A stretch of 64,000 nucleotides of DNA from NCBI RefSeq assembly GCF_001194135.2, contig NC_068992.1, positions 6,084,718-6,148,717 on the forward strand. The letters are read 5' to 3'. The position numbers were made by a program, and so were the translations under genes. This document shows positions 40,011-53,782 of the stretch, piece after piece; position 1 is the stretch's first letter, and every line of letters starts with the position of its first letter. Below the pieces are notes generated by a model that had not been told where the DNA came from, did no database searches, and saw nothing but the letters and a program-made list of their open reading frames with translations. Source of the DNA: Octopus bimaculoides. Its lineage: Eukaryota.

Positions 40011-41019
40011 CATATATATATAAATGCACACACACACACACACACNNNNNNNNNNNNNNNNNNNNNNNNNNNNNNNNNNNNNNNNNNNNNNNNNNNNNNN
40101 NNNNNNNNNNNNNNNNNNNNNNNNNNNNNNNNNNNNNNNNNATATATATATATATATATATATAAACATACATACATAAAAACATTGGTGTGTATGTCTA
40201 AATATATTCCTGTTTATGCATTTATGTGTACATTAATAGAGAGAGAAAAAAGGTCAGAAGTTGAGACGGGGAAAGTGAGAGAGTGACATGCATACATGGA
40301 CACTTATAAAATTTGAAAGATAGGTGCGTATGTGTTCATCTAGATCTCTTTTAAATGTTCTGCCTAGAAATCTATCAACTCATCTCACTATGTTTTTTGT
40401 AAATATTGATAGATAGAAAGGGAGAGAGAGAGAGGAAGAGGAAGATAGGTGGAGTGAATGAGAGAAAGAGACAGACATATATACACGCATTCATGTCTAA
40501 ACGCAAAGACCCACATACATAAATAGCTATACACGAATTATATAGATGAGGAAAGAGAAGAAGTGTGTTAGAGAGGAAAGAGCGGCGCCCAATTGAAGCT
40601 GAATGTATTATGCAGATATTTTTCTCCGTTATGAAATGAAGCATGAAAATAAATATCACTTTACGTATCCAATAATATATTTTGCACTAAGAAACATTTC
40701 TAATACATGTCTTCTTCCGCTGAACCCATTCCACTGCCTATTTATCTACCAATATAGCTACTCGTCAAGTAGCATTAAACGGAGCCGGCAAAGGTATTGG
40801 TTTTCTTTTTTTATCAACCGTTAGCTAAATATTGATTTTGAATCAGATGCGAGCTAACACTTTCGACCTCCCACGGAAAAGAGTTTACAACATATATAAA
40901 ATAACAAACCCGTTTTGCATTGTAATTAACTCATACGGTTTTATTAATTGTCCCTTACGGGGACCTGAAGGGCATTTCAGAGATAACTTTCTTGTTTGTA
41001 ATGTTTACATGTAATGTCT

Positions 41020-41600
41020 CTTAGTAAATAAATATACATGTGACTATCGTTATCGCAGTCCTCGCCATGTCCGCTATCTTCGTAATTTATAAATCGTCTT
41101 TTCATTACCAACTCTTTCGTCACTATCGTCGTCGTTGCGGTAGTCGTCATCATAATTAACATCATCGTCATCATCTTCATCATCGCCGTCCTTATTATCA
41201 TCATCATCATCATCATCATCTTTACTAGGTGCATCATTATGCTTGATCATCATCACCACCACTGTAATCATTTTCATCGTTAAAATTATCAGCAACTCTC
41301 CCTTCATTTCTAAAATAACCGCTATCGGTATCATTGTCGCCATCATCGTCATCGTCATATTCTAATACATACAACTATCAATAAATCCATCTTCAGCATG
41401 TTACCTCACGACAGTTCCCCTCCCTTCATCTTTTCCCTTTCACAGCCCTCTTCAACACCCTCTCCTCCATAGTCCTCCACCTCATTCCCGCCCTCTTCCT
41501 TCTCTTCATGGTCATCATAATCATTACCACCATTGTTCCTCTCACTATATCGTCTTATCGTTATCATGTCAGCATCGTTATCTTTCCCACAAGGCCCCAT
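41020..41600. repeat. Cryptic (decayed) ATC/GTC/CTC triplet low-complexity tract
   Basis: Persistent 3-nt periodicity of ATC, GTC and CTC units, with a pure (ATC)n core at 41197-41220. Confidence 0.75.
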
Positions 41601-42398
41601 GCACAGCAGTTTTCGGATAGTAAACGATTGATTTGAGAAATAAATTGACTCTCCTTCACCATAAACAGTAACTACTGTAAGCACAGGCCATGTCTCACTT
41701 CATATGTTTCTTTGTCTCATATACTGGGGCACAAATGTATAGAGAGATGTATTTCTAATGATTTAAGCATGGGTTTTGGCTGAGTTATTCAAATTTATTT
41801 GTCGTGAATGTAGCTTTAATCTACTTCCACATTTTTATATGTGAAACTATCTAATATTTTGTCCTTGCTCTCTCGGTGCGAGGCTTCTGTGGCAAAGAAA
41901 GGCTTTTCGGTTTTGCGAAATTCTGACACCGAATTCAAACGGTGATACTTTTACAAATTTCAGATATAAGTCATCACACAATTGTTACACGAATAGAGTT
42001 CTGCATTTAAAGTCATTCAATAGCTAATGCAATTGCTGTCGCTGCTTTTAATATTACTAATTTGCGTATTTAGATATATCTTATATTAATCTGTCACGAA
42101 ACTGTGCAATTTCGTTCTCTTCTTGTACATTTTGTTGTGTGTGTTTATGTTAGGCATTTATTTTTGCCATGGCAACGTTTTGTCTTGTATCGTAATTTTA
42201 GATATGAAATTGTAGCATGTGTAAATAAAAATTTCAAAGCTGGTGAAAGAAACATTCTTGCTGTAATCTACACCCATGTGACAAGCAGAAAGCTTCGTAA
42301 AACAATTACGCATTTTTAAAGTATTCAAGTGCCAATGAAATTTCATTTGCCAGAAATTTCGGTTCGCAAAAATAATTTAAAATGCATTTTCATTCTAG

Positions 42399-42540
42399 GA
42401 AAGTTAAATATAAACATAGTGATGATCGAGAAGAGCGAGTGGATATTGCCCAGACTCTTGAAAACGATGATAATAATAACATCAAAAACATAAACATCGA
42501 TACTGCAGAGAAATTTTATGCAGCGCACTACATCAGTTGA
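42399..42540 (+). CDS. Candidate terminal coding exon, unknown product
   Basis: Acceptor cattttcattctag|G followed by 46 open codons, KVKYKHSDDREERVDIAQTLENDDNNNIKNINIDTAEKFYAAHYIS*. No recognisable domain. The opposite strand also has a 108-aa ORF. Confidence 0.18.
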
Positions 42541-44059
42541 ATTTAATGCAGTCAGTGCAATACTACCCGACACATTATATTTGGCAGCCATCCCTTGTAC
42601 GTTGCAACTGGACTGTAATTCAACACTTCGACAGAAACACGGGTAACAAGGGTTTAAAAGTATGCGCAAAATACCGTAAATGGTAATGGTCTACTCTATC
42701 CCCTAGGACATACTTATCTAGACTATCAAAGATTAAACTCAAACTGTCCTTATATATTAAATAATGACTTAAATTAAGATATCGGTTATCTATAAATATC
42801 CAGATCCGTTTAAATCAAGTGTCTGGCTGGAAATGGGTCAGGATTGTTTGAAATTAATTGGAAATAAGAAATATGTGGGATATAAGAATGAAATCATTAA
42901 CTAAATAAATTCGCATGATAATGAACAATTATAAACACCACAAATTTACATAAAACATCCTCCATTGCTCCCCAAAATAATTTATCTCAAAGATGCAAAT
43001 GATACAGGTGTCACTACACGACACATGCAGTGTATACCTAATACAATGATCACACAACTAGAAAAGCACACACTTAACGGAATCCACACTTAATGGTCAT
43101 AACAATATCCTAGCATATCACAGACTCCTCACAGTCATCACTGGAAAACAAGTCATGTAAAACTATTTAGTCATAAATAAGAGACCAACAACCAAAGAAA
43201 ATAATCTTGCTCACATTGTGCTCGTTATATATAAACCGGCGAAACAAATTTTGTGAGAAACAATGCTAGACAAAGTAATTAGGCTTAGTACACGATTCGT
43301 TCTTATTGTAGAAAAACAATACGATGGATCTCATCAGAACAGGTGAATTGCTTGAATGTCGCTGACATATAAATATCTAGTTACCGTTATTAGAAACCCT
43401 TAGGTTAGATAGAAAGTCCATGAGAGAAGACAGAGTATCTAAGGTTAGATGTTATGTTGAATCGGTAAGTGTATTTTCATCAATATGTGTAAAGATTTTC
43501 TTTTAAATGCAGTTCAAACGAAAAACATTTAGAATTCATTATCTTCCTTGTAGATTGGTAAATATGTGATTACCTTTGCGCCTATCCAATCATACTGAAA
43601 TTTGGTTGATGGAAATCATGCAAAATTCCCCCGTAGTGACGGGTAGGTATCACGTGGTTTAACAGCACAATTTGCCCTTAGGGTGTCGTTAGCGATATCT
43701 ACTCTACTGTAAACATTCACTTTCGTTAGTATGGCTATTTCCCATCTTTGGATCATCCAAGGAGACCTCCAAGGAAACCATAGCCGCTTCTGTTCCTTCT
43801 CTCACTATGCTATAATATCACTTGAAAAGAAAAAAAATCCATGTTCAAATATTTAAAGAATTAAAGCAAAAATAAAAATCAAGTTGAAAAATAATTAATT
43901 TAAGACTAAAATAACGTAACTGATCACATATACTATAAATGTTTCACTGCTGAGTCACGAAATACAGTTTCACTTAAACAGCAATTATCTATTTCCTACA
44001 AACTCTTTTAGCAACGCAAGTAATTATTCCTTTAATGTTCAAATGATTATTTCAGCAAC

Positions 44060-44340
44060 AAGTTTCCTCCTGTTATCTGGAATCTTATCTTCACGTTTCT
44101 AACACTTTGCTACCAATTAAAATTTGACTCTTCCTCCTGGCACTTTAACTTGTCCTACTTCAAACAGAATCAGAGTCATTTTCTGTGTCATCCTTCAGAC
44201 GTGGATATAATCATTGTAAACACACCATCCAAATCTAAACTAATATTACACCTTCTAATCTTAATCTCTTTGATGATAATGCACATGCAGCATATAGTTC
44301 AAGATTTCCGACCTTCAATACTTATCTTTAAATATTTCTT
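44060..44340 (-). mobile_element. Possible very old RTE-type RT fragment
   Basis: Minus strand ISIEGRK..NL.YA resembles RTE GISIGGRKIxNLRYADD, but the catalytic DD is not preserved. Confidence 0.22.
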
Positions 44341-47227
44341 CTTCTCTAATTGGGTGGAATAGGCGACAACAAATATTATAAATAAACATGCTATAACGAA
44401 TATCATAATTTAAAGGAAACATAGCCATGCTTATATTTGCACAGGAATATCCTCCTTTTCTATTGATTTTTTTTCTGTAGTATTCTTCTTTCCTGAAGCA
44501 TCACTTCCTTATTTCATGTTGATTCATTATAAAATTACTTCATTTAGGTCATGTGTTGTCTATACGGATTGTGTGTGCCATAGCTGTCCTTTGAAGACAT
44601 TTCAAACGAGTACGTACATTTTCGTAATGTCAGTAAATTAATCGTCAAATGTTAATTGTCAAAATGTCTTATGACACACCTCTGATGTTGTGACTTACTG
44701 AATATCACCGAAATAATTGTAGAGAAGGTTATAATGTTATCTGAACATAGCTACAAGTTGATATCTACGTGTTTGAACTATCACAGATGTATGGTAGTCT
44801 CTTATGTCTGACAGCTGTTTCCACTTGAAGTACAACTGCTTATTCCATCATTACAATCCAATATGTGGTCGCAGTTGCTGCTATATGTTAGTCAAAGTAT
44901 ATATAAAATTGAGTATCATAGAAATATTGTTGCAGAGTTATTGTATAATAAAACAGGAAAGGGGAATTACTCGTGTTTGATTTACTAATAAAAATTACAA
45001 AGATTTACATCCTAAATAGGCATTTGAAGAATTTTCTTTTAGAAACTCGTAAGGCCGTTCTCTATCTAAGGAATTTCAAACGAAACATTATTGTGTATCT
45101 GACATNNNNNNNNNNATATATCATATATCATATACATATAATATATATATGCATGTAATGTATGTATGTACGTACGTATGTATACACGTATGTATGTATA
45201 ATCGATTTTTCCTCTTCGTGTAGCATATTGGTGAGACGCTGCTGCTATTTCTAGCTGATTGAATAATTAAAAGTCAGAATTTACAGATGTCTAAACGTTG
45301 TTCGTTCAGTATTTAATGATGTTTAATTTCCTAATTTCAGAGAATTGAACTTTAAGATCGTTGTCATGCAGCTCTCACTCTCTCTCTCACTCTCTCTCAC
45401 ACTCTCTCTCTCTCGCTCTCGTTTCCTCTCTCTCCCCATTTCTCTTCCCTCTCTCTCTCTCTCTCTCTCTCTTTCATTCTCTTTCTCTCTCTCTCAAACC
45501 AACAGAAAATTATGTAAATCCTTGATGACATATCAGTCATTAAAGAGAGATTAGATGACAATTGCAATGATATTTATAGTAAACACTACAGTTACACGTC
45601 AGATTATTATGGTTATCGTTGTGGTCAACACATTTACGCCATCAGCAAGAACAGTATTGGTGATAGCATTATTGGCTCGAGAAACAGTTGTAGCATTATT
45701 AGCAGTGTCGTCATTCACATCATTATAATAACCAGCATTAGTGGCAGTTGTACAAAAAGGCATACCCTTAATCCCTATCATAATAACCATTATTATCAGG
45801 ATCCGCAGCAGCAGTAGGAAAACTAGTTTCATTTTCCGGCATTAGTTCCTGTTATTACACAGGCAAGTATGCAACCCCTCTTTTTCTCCACCTCTCTCCC
45901 TCTCTAAACATATACTAAGCAGAAATGAAAGAAATGTGGAAACCAATGACAGAAGTGGTGGTCTGTTTTAGCCAAAGTTTTATAAGTGAAGATTTTGTTT
46001 AGATGCGTTTGTTACGTTCGGCAGGGAGGACGTGGTGCTGACGTGTCGGAACTTCAGACAGTATGTCCGTTATGTACATATAATTGTGCGCGTGGATGTG
46101 TCTAGGTGTGTGTAGTTGTTAAGCACATGACTGTGCTTAAATGTGACCCCTAAGGAAATTCAAATACTACAGAGCTTACTTTAGGTAAACTAAGAATATA
46201 AACGCATAACGTCTATGTTTTTGATGTTTAGAAAAAACGAATTGAAACCTCTTCATTGTCACACACAGCGTATATATTTCATTGTATATCAAACAATCAA
46301 AGTCACAAATAAGCAGTTTAGGCTACCCTGTAAGATGTATGATTGCTATTTATAGATATATGACTAGGGAGAGAAACCGAGTAAGTATTTAGTGAATAGT
46401 CTTCAACAAACCGTAAATAGTCCATAACATGGCTGACCGCATCGCATTGTTTATATGGATGTATTCGTATATGAAGCATTGTAACATTAGGTTCTGGCTT
46501 TAAATTCCACAAAAAATTTGTAGATTATCAATTGTGTACAGAATACTGAGAAATATCTTAAACGTAGATGTTCAATGACCAATATATATTTCATGTTGTT
46601 TTTCATGCATGTCTAAATGCACGAGAAATGTCTTACACTTACAAAAATTCAACATGTGGTGCACGTGTTAAGGAATTATTTTAAAATTAAAATTTTATTT
46701 AAAATGGTTTCAAACGTTACGTTCTGCAATTTCTTTTATTTTTTTTAGTTTATTTCATTATTTTGGCGAGCTTCAAAGATTTAATATATTGGTAGATGCA
46801 TGAAAAATATTTGGGATTTAGAAATCATTTAAAAAAGGAAATATTTTAAATGTTATTTAGATGTCCAAAAATAGATTTAACAAATACAATGAAACATTCA
46901 ATGAAGGATCAAAAAAGGCAAGGTATTTAATAGACTTCTCCTGTTGATAAATTACAGAGAAAGAACAGCATGTGAGAAAATTAAAACAAGTGACATCGTC
47001 GAAGAAAAAAGAAAAAAGACAGGGAGCAGAATGCTTTTCAAGTTCGCCTTAAATTTAGGAATTTATTTCTCTATCATTTAGCGTAATGGATGAAGTAAAA
47101 AGAGAACATACGAATAAGAAATAAATATGATTCAGATTGGCATTGATTATCAATGTATCCTGGGGCCGTATGGAAAAATTCGCTAAAACTATTTGGTAGT
47201 AAAATATTCAAAATACCATGTTTTTTT

Positions 47228-47253
47228 TATTATAATTATGATTACGATTATGA

Positions 47254-47302
<49 letters not shown>

Positions 47303-47408
47303 CATTATTATTATTATTATTATTATTGTTGTTGTTGTTGTTGTTGTTGTTGTTATTAAAGTTATTTTATTATTATTATTAACGTTATTTTATTATTAAT
47401 ATTATTAT
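47228..47408. repeat. Compound (ATT)n-(GTT)n-(ATT)n microsatellite
   Basis: Direct reading. Confidence 0.97.
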
Positions 47409-48059
47409 TCAGAAAGTGAAAAAGCATTTTTTTTTTTTATCTTTATGCTTTAATCTGCAATGGTGAATATATAACATGAAAAAAAGTAATTTCCTCTTTT
47501 CCAATTTGGAAATAAATAGTTTTTTCAACAAGCAGATAAGATGGGTGGCAAGAAAAAATAACTTTTTGATGATAATATTTAATATTTTCTACTTTTGCAG
47601 TTAGATCTGGAGGCAGGCAAGAAACACAGCAATATTAAGCACATGAAATATTCCAAAAATAAACTTTAATACCGAAATGTTTGGAATACTGCATATTTGA
47701 AAAGGTCGATGTAACACCACCAACAGTGAATCATAATCGTCAGAAGCCGATTAGAAGGTCTCTTGCTCTTCATTTACAATATAGATATATAAGTTAAATG
47801 TCTTTACATTACACTCTTGAATGTCTTTGCTCAGTCAAGGACCGCCTAAGATGAAACAAAATCAAAACCAGCAATCATAATGCTCGTGTCGACACTATAA
47901 CACTGCATGGCTTCTCGTTATCTTAGAAATGATAGCCAACTAAGACTCAAATCACACAATCTGGTAACAGAAATACTAGGAACGAATGTAATCTTCCATG
48001 TACTGTATTTGAAAATATGCGATGAACATAGCTGAGACACAATATTAGTATTAAACTAA

Positions 48060-48274
48060 GGCAGTGTGCTTACAGAATCGTTAGCACACCGGACAAAATG
48101 CATAGTACTATTTCGTCTGCCCTTAGGCTCTGAGTTCAAATTCTGCCGAGGCCGACTTTGCATTCCATCTTGTCGAGGTTGATAAAATACGTAGCAGCTG
48201 TGCACTAGTGTCGATATACTGACGTCTCCTGCACCAAAATTGCTGGTATTGTGTCAAAATTTGAGACCAATATT
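48060..48274 (+). mobile_element. tRNA-derived SINE, family A
   Basis: ggcagtgtgcttacagaatcgttagcacaccggacaaaatgc...tctgagttcaaattctgccgaggccgactttgc. It has the variant tail gtgtcaaaatttgagaccaatatta. Confidence 0.85.
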
Positions 48275-48759
48275 AGAATTAAACAGCAAGAACGAATATC
48301 ATAACAGCAACAATAATAGATATAATATATGTGGAACGAAACAACTCGGTGGTAAGAGCGTCGAATAAAATACTTCTAAGTTATTCTTATTCTGCAATTA
48401 AATCCCAATCACATTTGATGTTTATCATTGCAATGTCAGTAAAATAAAGGCATCCGGATATATAAATACTGTATGTAAGGCTTCTGCATAAGACAGTCCA
48501 GTGACAGAAAGCAGCAAGATATTAAAGGAGCCTTTCTTCTACTAATATAGTAAGAAATGGGGATTATAATAATTATTATAACCATTATTATATTATTATA
48601 ATAGTTTCAAATATTGACACAAAGCTTGCTATTTTGATAGGAGTGCTAAGGGGTGCTTAACTTATTTTGTTGACTCCAAAAGGATGAAATACAAAGATGA
48701 CGGAAATATAACTATAATATAACTATAATGATAATTATTTTTATTAGCTGCATTATCAA

Positions 48760-48970
48760 GGCGGTGAGTTGGAATAGTTGTTAACCCGCCGGACAAAATG
48801 CATAGCGGTCTTTCGTTACTCTTTAAATTCTGAGTTCAAATGCCGTCGGGATCGAATTTGCCTTTCATGCTTTCGGGGTTCATAAAATAAAGTAGCAGTT
48901 GAATACTGATATCGAGTATCCCCTAACACGCAGTTTCAGGCCCTGTGCCTATAGTAAAAATAATTATTAT
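48760..48970 (+). mobile_element. tRNA-derived SINE, family A
   Basis: ggcggtgagttgg...ccggacaaaatgcatagcggtctttcg...tctgagttcaaatgccgtcggg...ttcaggccctgtgcctatagtaaaaataattatt. Confidence 0.85.
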
Positions 48971-49915
48971 CACTATTATTCTTGTTGCTGTTATTATGTC
49001 TTGCATCGGTTGAAAACCACGGCTCTTTTCCTAATGTGTTTTGAATAATTCCATAGCCCTTGTCTCGTAGTTAATTCGAGAATGCGAATGTTAAGAGCAA
49101 GAACTAAATACAATGAGTCATTTAACGCAACCGACAATTTCTACAAATTCATCTCCTACACAGCATTGAAAGTATCTTTTTAAATGCTGTCTCGTATAAG
49201 GCATAATGTTTATACGTATAAACATAAACACACGCCCATATATACATCGGAGACAAAATAACGGCAGAGAGAGGGACAGATTTCATGGTAGGATTGTTTA
49301 AACGACACGCCCCTTATCCCAGAAGTGGAGAACAGTCGATCATGAGCATAGCAACATATTTTTCCCCATAAAAAAGGTATATGACACTACAACCATCTGA
49401 TAACATTTTGATGTGCAATAAAGCACGTTGCGTTGACAATAAGAATAACATAAACACACAGGCACACATAAAATTACATATAATTACATACATATAAAAA
49501 AAATGCCGGCTTTCATATATACATATGAATGCATATATTTAAAACGGAAATATGGATTTGATGAGATAAACGAAGGAGATTGAAAAAAATGTCATTTATC
49601 AAAATAACCAAAGATTCTATATTCTTGGAAGAATACTTAAAAAATATATATATCACGATGAGATTCTGCCAAAGTGAATATGCTTTGGTTCAAAAGTCGT
49701 GACCCTGCTTGATGCTAATATTATGAAAATTATATTTATAGATCTCTGAGAACCTACTATTGCTCTTTTAACTTATATTTGCTCCCAGCCTTATTCTTCT
49801 TCCACTCATTATCAATACAACATAACAGTTCTTGGAGAAATGGCCAAATTGTGCGTTGCTCAGAGCAGATCATAAGTTAAAATCATGGAACATTTCCCAA
49901 GGTACAAAGGTAATA

Positions 49916-49969
<54 letters not shown>

Positions 49970-50173
49970 AGTGCATATGGGTAAAAATTATCTTCATACA
50001 CGCAGACAGTCACACACGCACACATATACACACGTACACACGCACACACATACACACGTACACACGCACACACAACAAAAACACATGCACATGTGTTTGT
50101 GTGTGTGTGTGTGTGTGAGGGATAGAAGCTGGAAATAAAGGATTATGAATAAGATCAGGAGCTAAATACTGTT

Positions 50174-50212
<39 letters not shown>

Positions 50213-50699
50213 GACTAATTTTTTAAGATATACTTTATGAAAGAATAAAAACGAATGTAGATTAAAATCAGCTCTGATCTGAAAAGTTGTAGGAAGATGG
50301 TGTAACATGTGCCTGTTAGTAGAGCTATATAAGCGAATTAGCCTCGTGTACCTCTTGCTGCATTTAACTCGAGGATTTTCATTTATTGATAACAAATACG
50401 CGTATAATTCTCACACATTCAATATACCTTTGTGTAATTTGATATTTTTATGAAGACATTTCTCTAGACGTTTTTCTCACAATACAATTATAAGGGTCTG
50501 TTATTGTAGAGGCATGGTGCATTCACGGAAGATTTGCTACAGTTATTACATACTCTTTGATACCTATTATAAGCTCATAAGCACGTGTCCACATTGCTCA
50601 TAGATTTGCTGGCCCATCTGCATTCTTTACTGTCGTGTGTGCACTGATTCACCGGGAGTTATTTTCAGTGAAAATATTTGCTACACCCGTTATATTGCG

Positions 50700-51900
50700 T
50701 CCTGGAACATTGAAGAAATGCTTCTCATTGGAATAGTACAGAAAGCCGTTGCCATTTAACTCTTGTGAACTTTGCGAGGTATTCATTATCCGCTTACATA
50801 CTTTGGAATTAATTGGTTTATCCCTTAATTAGACGCATTTCTTTCAAGAGGATATTTCTTTCCATGCCCAAGCAGGTACGACACTGGTAAGTAAATCCAC
50901 TCCATAATGCATTAACAGATCTTGTACGTTGCTAAAGTGAGCTAAGATTCCTCTAACTAGTGTAGGCTTTGGCAATTGTGACACGTTGCATAATATCTGA
51001 TCTGGTACCAGTATATTTGAAAATATGGGTGCTTATTTACACTAAATGATTGGATCATTTTCTATCAGAGTCCAAGCTTTGTAAGTCTAAATGATATGGT
51101 AGGTTTTCACAATTTCCTGTTTTTATCGGATTATTTGGGAATTTTCTTGCTCTTAGATATTTGTCTGTGTATTTCCTCTTAAGGTCAGTGTTGTTTAATT
51201 TTGAGTTGTTAAATCAGTGTTCATGTTGTTCGTGTAAGGAGGCTTCATTTTATTCTTTTCAAAATCGGAATCCGCAGGGTAAGATTATACCTAAGCTTGC
51301 TGCAAGCAATCCTAAGCTGGTGATATTAATAGCATTAGTATCCCTCTTCAAGCTTCATAATTCATTACTTGTTGACAGGATATAGGCAGAGAATGAATTC
51401 CAGTGTGGTCCATGTTATGCAAATGAAGGCGTGATCATTGTGTAGGACCTACAGATTTGGACACACAACGTTTGTGAAGAAGAGAAAAAATGAGTAGCAT
51501 GGGAAAGCTTGAGTGATGATGATGGTATGAAATCAGCGAAATCCATGAAGTGTGTGCACTAAGACCTGGTGAGTTTCAATGGATGACTTTATGCCAATCT
51601 CTGGAGAGACTCAAAGCGACAGCACAGTCTCAGATGTGAGACTAATATTTCATTGTAAATTTCACCTGAATCTAACAGAGTTTTACTAAATATTGCTGCC
51701 GATGTACCGACTATGTTAGGTGATTCTCAAGTTTTCCTCTCTGTAACTTTATTGCTGTGATTCAAATTTATTAACGACACTTTTCATGCATTTTTTAAAG
51801 TAATTTCAAGCATGCATTAATACTGGGTCGTGCTATACTTCTCTAAAGAAGAGTACATTAGCTGTTCATAGCTGGAGGTTGTTGAATTCTTTAACAGTAA
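50700..51900 (-). mobile_element. Probable very decayed CR1/L2-type LINE (endonuclease end and linker)
   Basis: Weak, correctly ordered minus-strand remnants: TRS.CT..MDF (cf. PTR..TLDL), NDHAFI (cf. SDHxLI), *FNNS (cf. WFN.SC) and LRARK (cf. ARN). Boundaries are uncertain. Confidence 0.3.
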
Positions 51901-52295
51901 TGAAGCAAGTAGCACCTCAACTGCTACTGTTTCGTGCTTGCAAGAACAAACATGCATTTATAATAAACGCTTCCGTTTTTTCTACTGCTATAACATATTT
52001 GATTAAAGGTTTTGAAGACAACAACATTTCTATATAAATTCTACTCAATTTGGATGCTTTCCTGGAAGATAAAAAAAATTACTGTAAAGGAAGCAATTGC
52101 TAAAAGAGGAAAATTCTATTCGAACATGCCAGAAATTCATCAAATGCATTTTATACAGGGGTGTCCATGTGAAGATCATTGCAACCAACTGTTAAAAGGC
52201 ACGATAATAGAATAAATAAATTTATAGTGTCAACGCAATAATGCTAGCCATGATAAAGTAAGTAAAATATTTGAAACTAGAAAATGCTTAACAGC

Positions 52296-52365
52296 TGACC
52301 TGTACCTACTACTGAGCGTACTGACCTGTACCTACTGACCTGTACCTGTACCTACTACTGAGCTG
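52296..52365 (+). repeat. Short minisatellite built from CTGACCTGTACCTA(CTA)CTGAGC units
   Basis: ctgacctgtacctactactgagcgtactgacctgtacctactgacctgtacctgtacctactactgagc. Confidence 0.9.
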
Positions 52366-52899
52366 TAGTGTTGTTTTGGTTACATTTTTGTTGACTCACA
52401 GTTAATTCACAGGAACACATTACTTTGCTGTTCGGAACATCTCATGCCTCTATTTCTCTCAATACAGAACAGTCAGCTTCCCAACTAGCATTTACGATTA
52501 TTTATTGTTGTTACGTTTCCCGCTGCTCTTGCCAGTTATTGTTACATTGTTGTTATAGCTCTGTCCGCCATATTTCTCCATCACTAAGTCAGCTGTCTTG
52601 TTTCTGTAGTTCAATTGCATCTAAAGAGATGGTTAGTGAAAAACAACAGGTTATGCTTAGCAATAAAGAGATACCTTTGCTTATTTCCACTTCTTTTAAC
52701 TCCAGAAAATAAAACACTGTAGGTTTAGATTAAACTGATTAGGTTAAATATGACGTTAGGTAACAAGGCAGTAAATTAATGCTTTTGCTACTCCCTAACA
52801 ATACTTTTCCTAACACTTCCTTTTGCTAAACCTACTTCGGCTATTCTAACATACCTTTTCCCGTACCAACCTAGGGAAGAAGCGGTTGATCAGAGCTGG

Positions 52900-53414
52900 T
52901 GGAGTGTGAGGAAAACATAACTCAGGTAAATATGCATCCATATTGCAGAAAAGACTGTCTCCAATCTTCTCCAGTGGTGAAATGATTAAAAAAGATAATA
53001 TTAATGAAGATAGGGTGCCTTGTCACACAGCTAACACGCTCCAAGATTTGTTGGATGAGAATGGCATTAAAAATCTCCCATGGCAAAGCCAGTCACCAGA
53101 TGTGAACCCTATTGAAGACCTCTGGGACATAATAAGCAGGACACTTCATAAAAGAAACAAGAAAGCGTCTTTAAATTCAGATCTTTGGGGATTACTGCAT
53201 GAAACTTAGCAAGAACTTCCGCAAGAAAATATTCGTCATCTAACCAGTAACATACCTAATAGTGTCTTTGCAATGAACAATGCAAAGGACACGTCTAGCA
53301 AATATTAAATATGCACATTATAACAATTAATAACTAATTTGAATGTATACTATTAGATTTAAATAAATTTCAATTATTATGAGGGTGTCTATTTACTTGT
53401 GACACGGCTGTGTA
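52900..53414 (+). mobile_element. Tc1 (DD34E-type) transposon 3' remnant with probable right terminus
   Basis: Reads EDRVPCHTANTLQDLLDENGIKNLPWQSQSPDVNPIEDLWDII...ET*QELPQENIRHL, matching Tc1 QDNAPCH and WPSQSPDLNPIENLW. It ends gggtgtctatttacttgtgacacggctgtg followed by TA. No left TIR found. Confidence 0.85.
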
Positions 53415-53577
53415 CATATATGTTTGTATATATATGTAAATATATATACATATATACATATATATATATATAGATATATATAAAAGTGTATATACAATCA
53501 TATATATTTGTTATACATATGTATATATGTATGTGAATATATATGCATATGTATATATGTATATATGTATATGTTTA

Positions 53578-53610
<33 letters not shown>

Positions 53611-53782
53611 NNNNNNNNNNNNNNNNNNNNNNNNNNNNNNNNNNNNNNNNNNNNNNNNNNNNNNNNNNNNNNNNNNNNNNNNNNNNNNNNNNNNNNNNNN
53701 NNNNNNNNNNNNNNNNNNNNNNNNNNNNNATATATACATACATATATATATATTCAAGTGCCTTTTTTGTGCATGCGAAATT

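Noticed and set aside
44806-44855. gtctgacagctgtttc, a 15/16 match to the hammerhead stem I/III end
   Set aside because: No CUGAUGA core or stem II at the expected distance. At most a decayed relic.
45599-45832. ORF resembling a signal peptide (MKLVFLLLLRILIIMVIMIGIKG...)
   Set aside because: The sequence is a decayed GAT/AAT/GCT triplet tract that yields I/M/L-rich frames by itself. No splice support.
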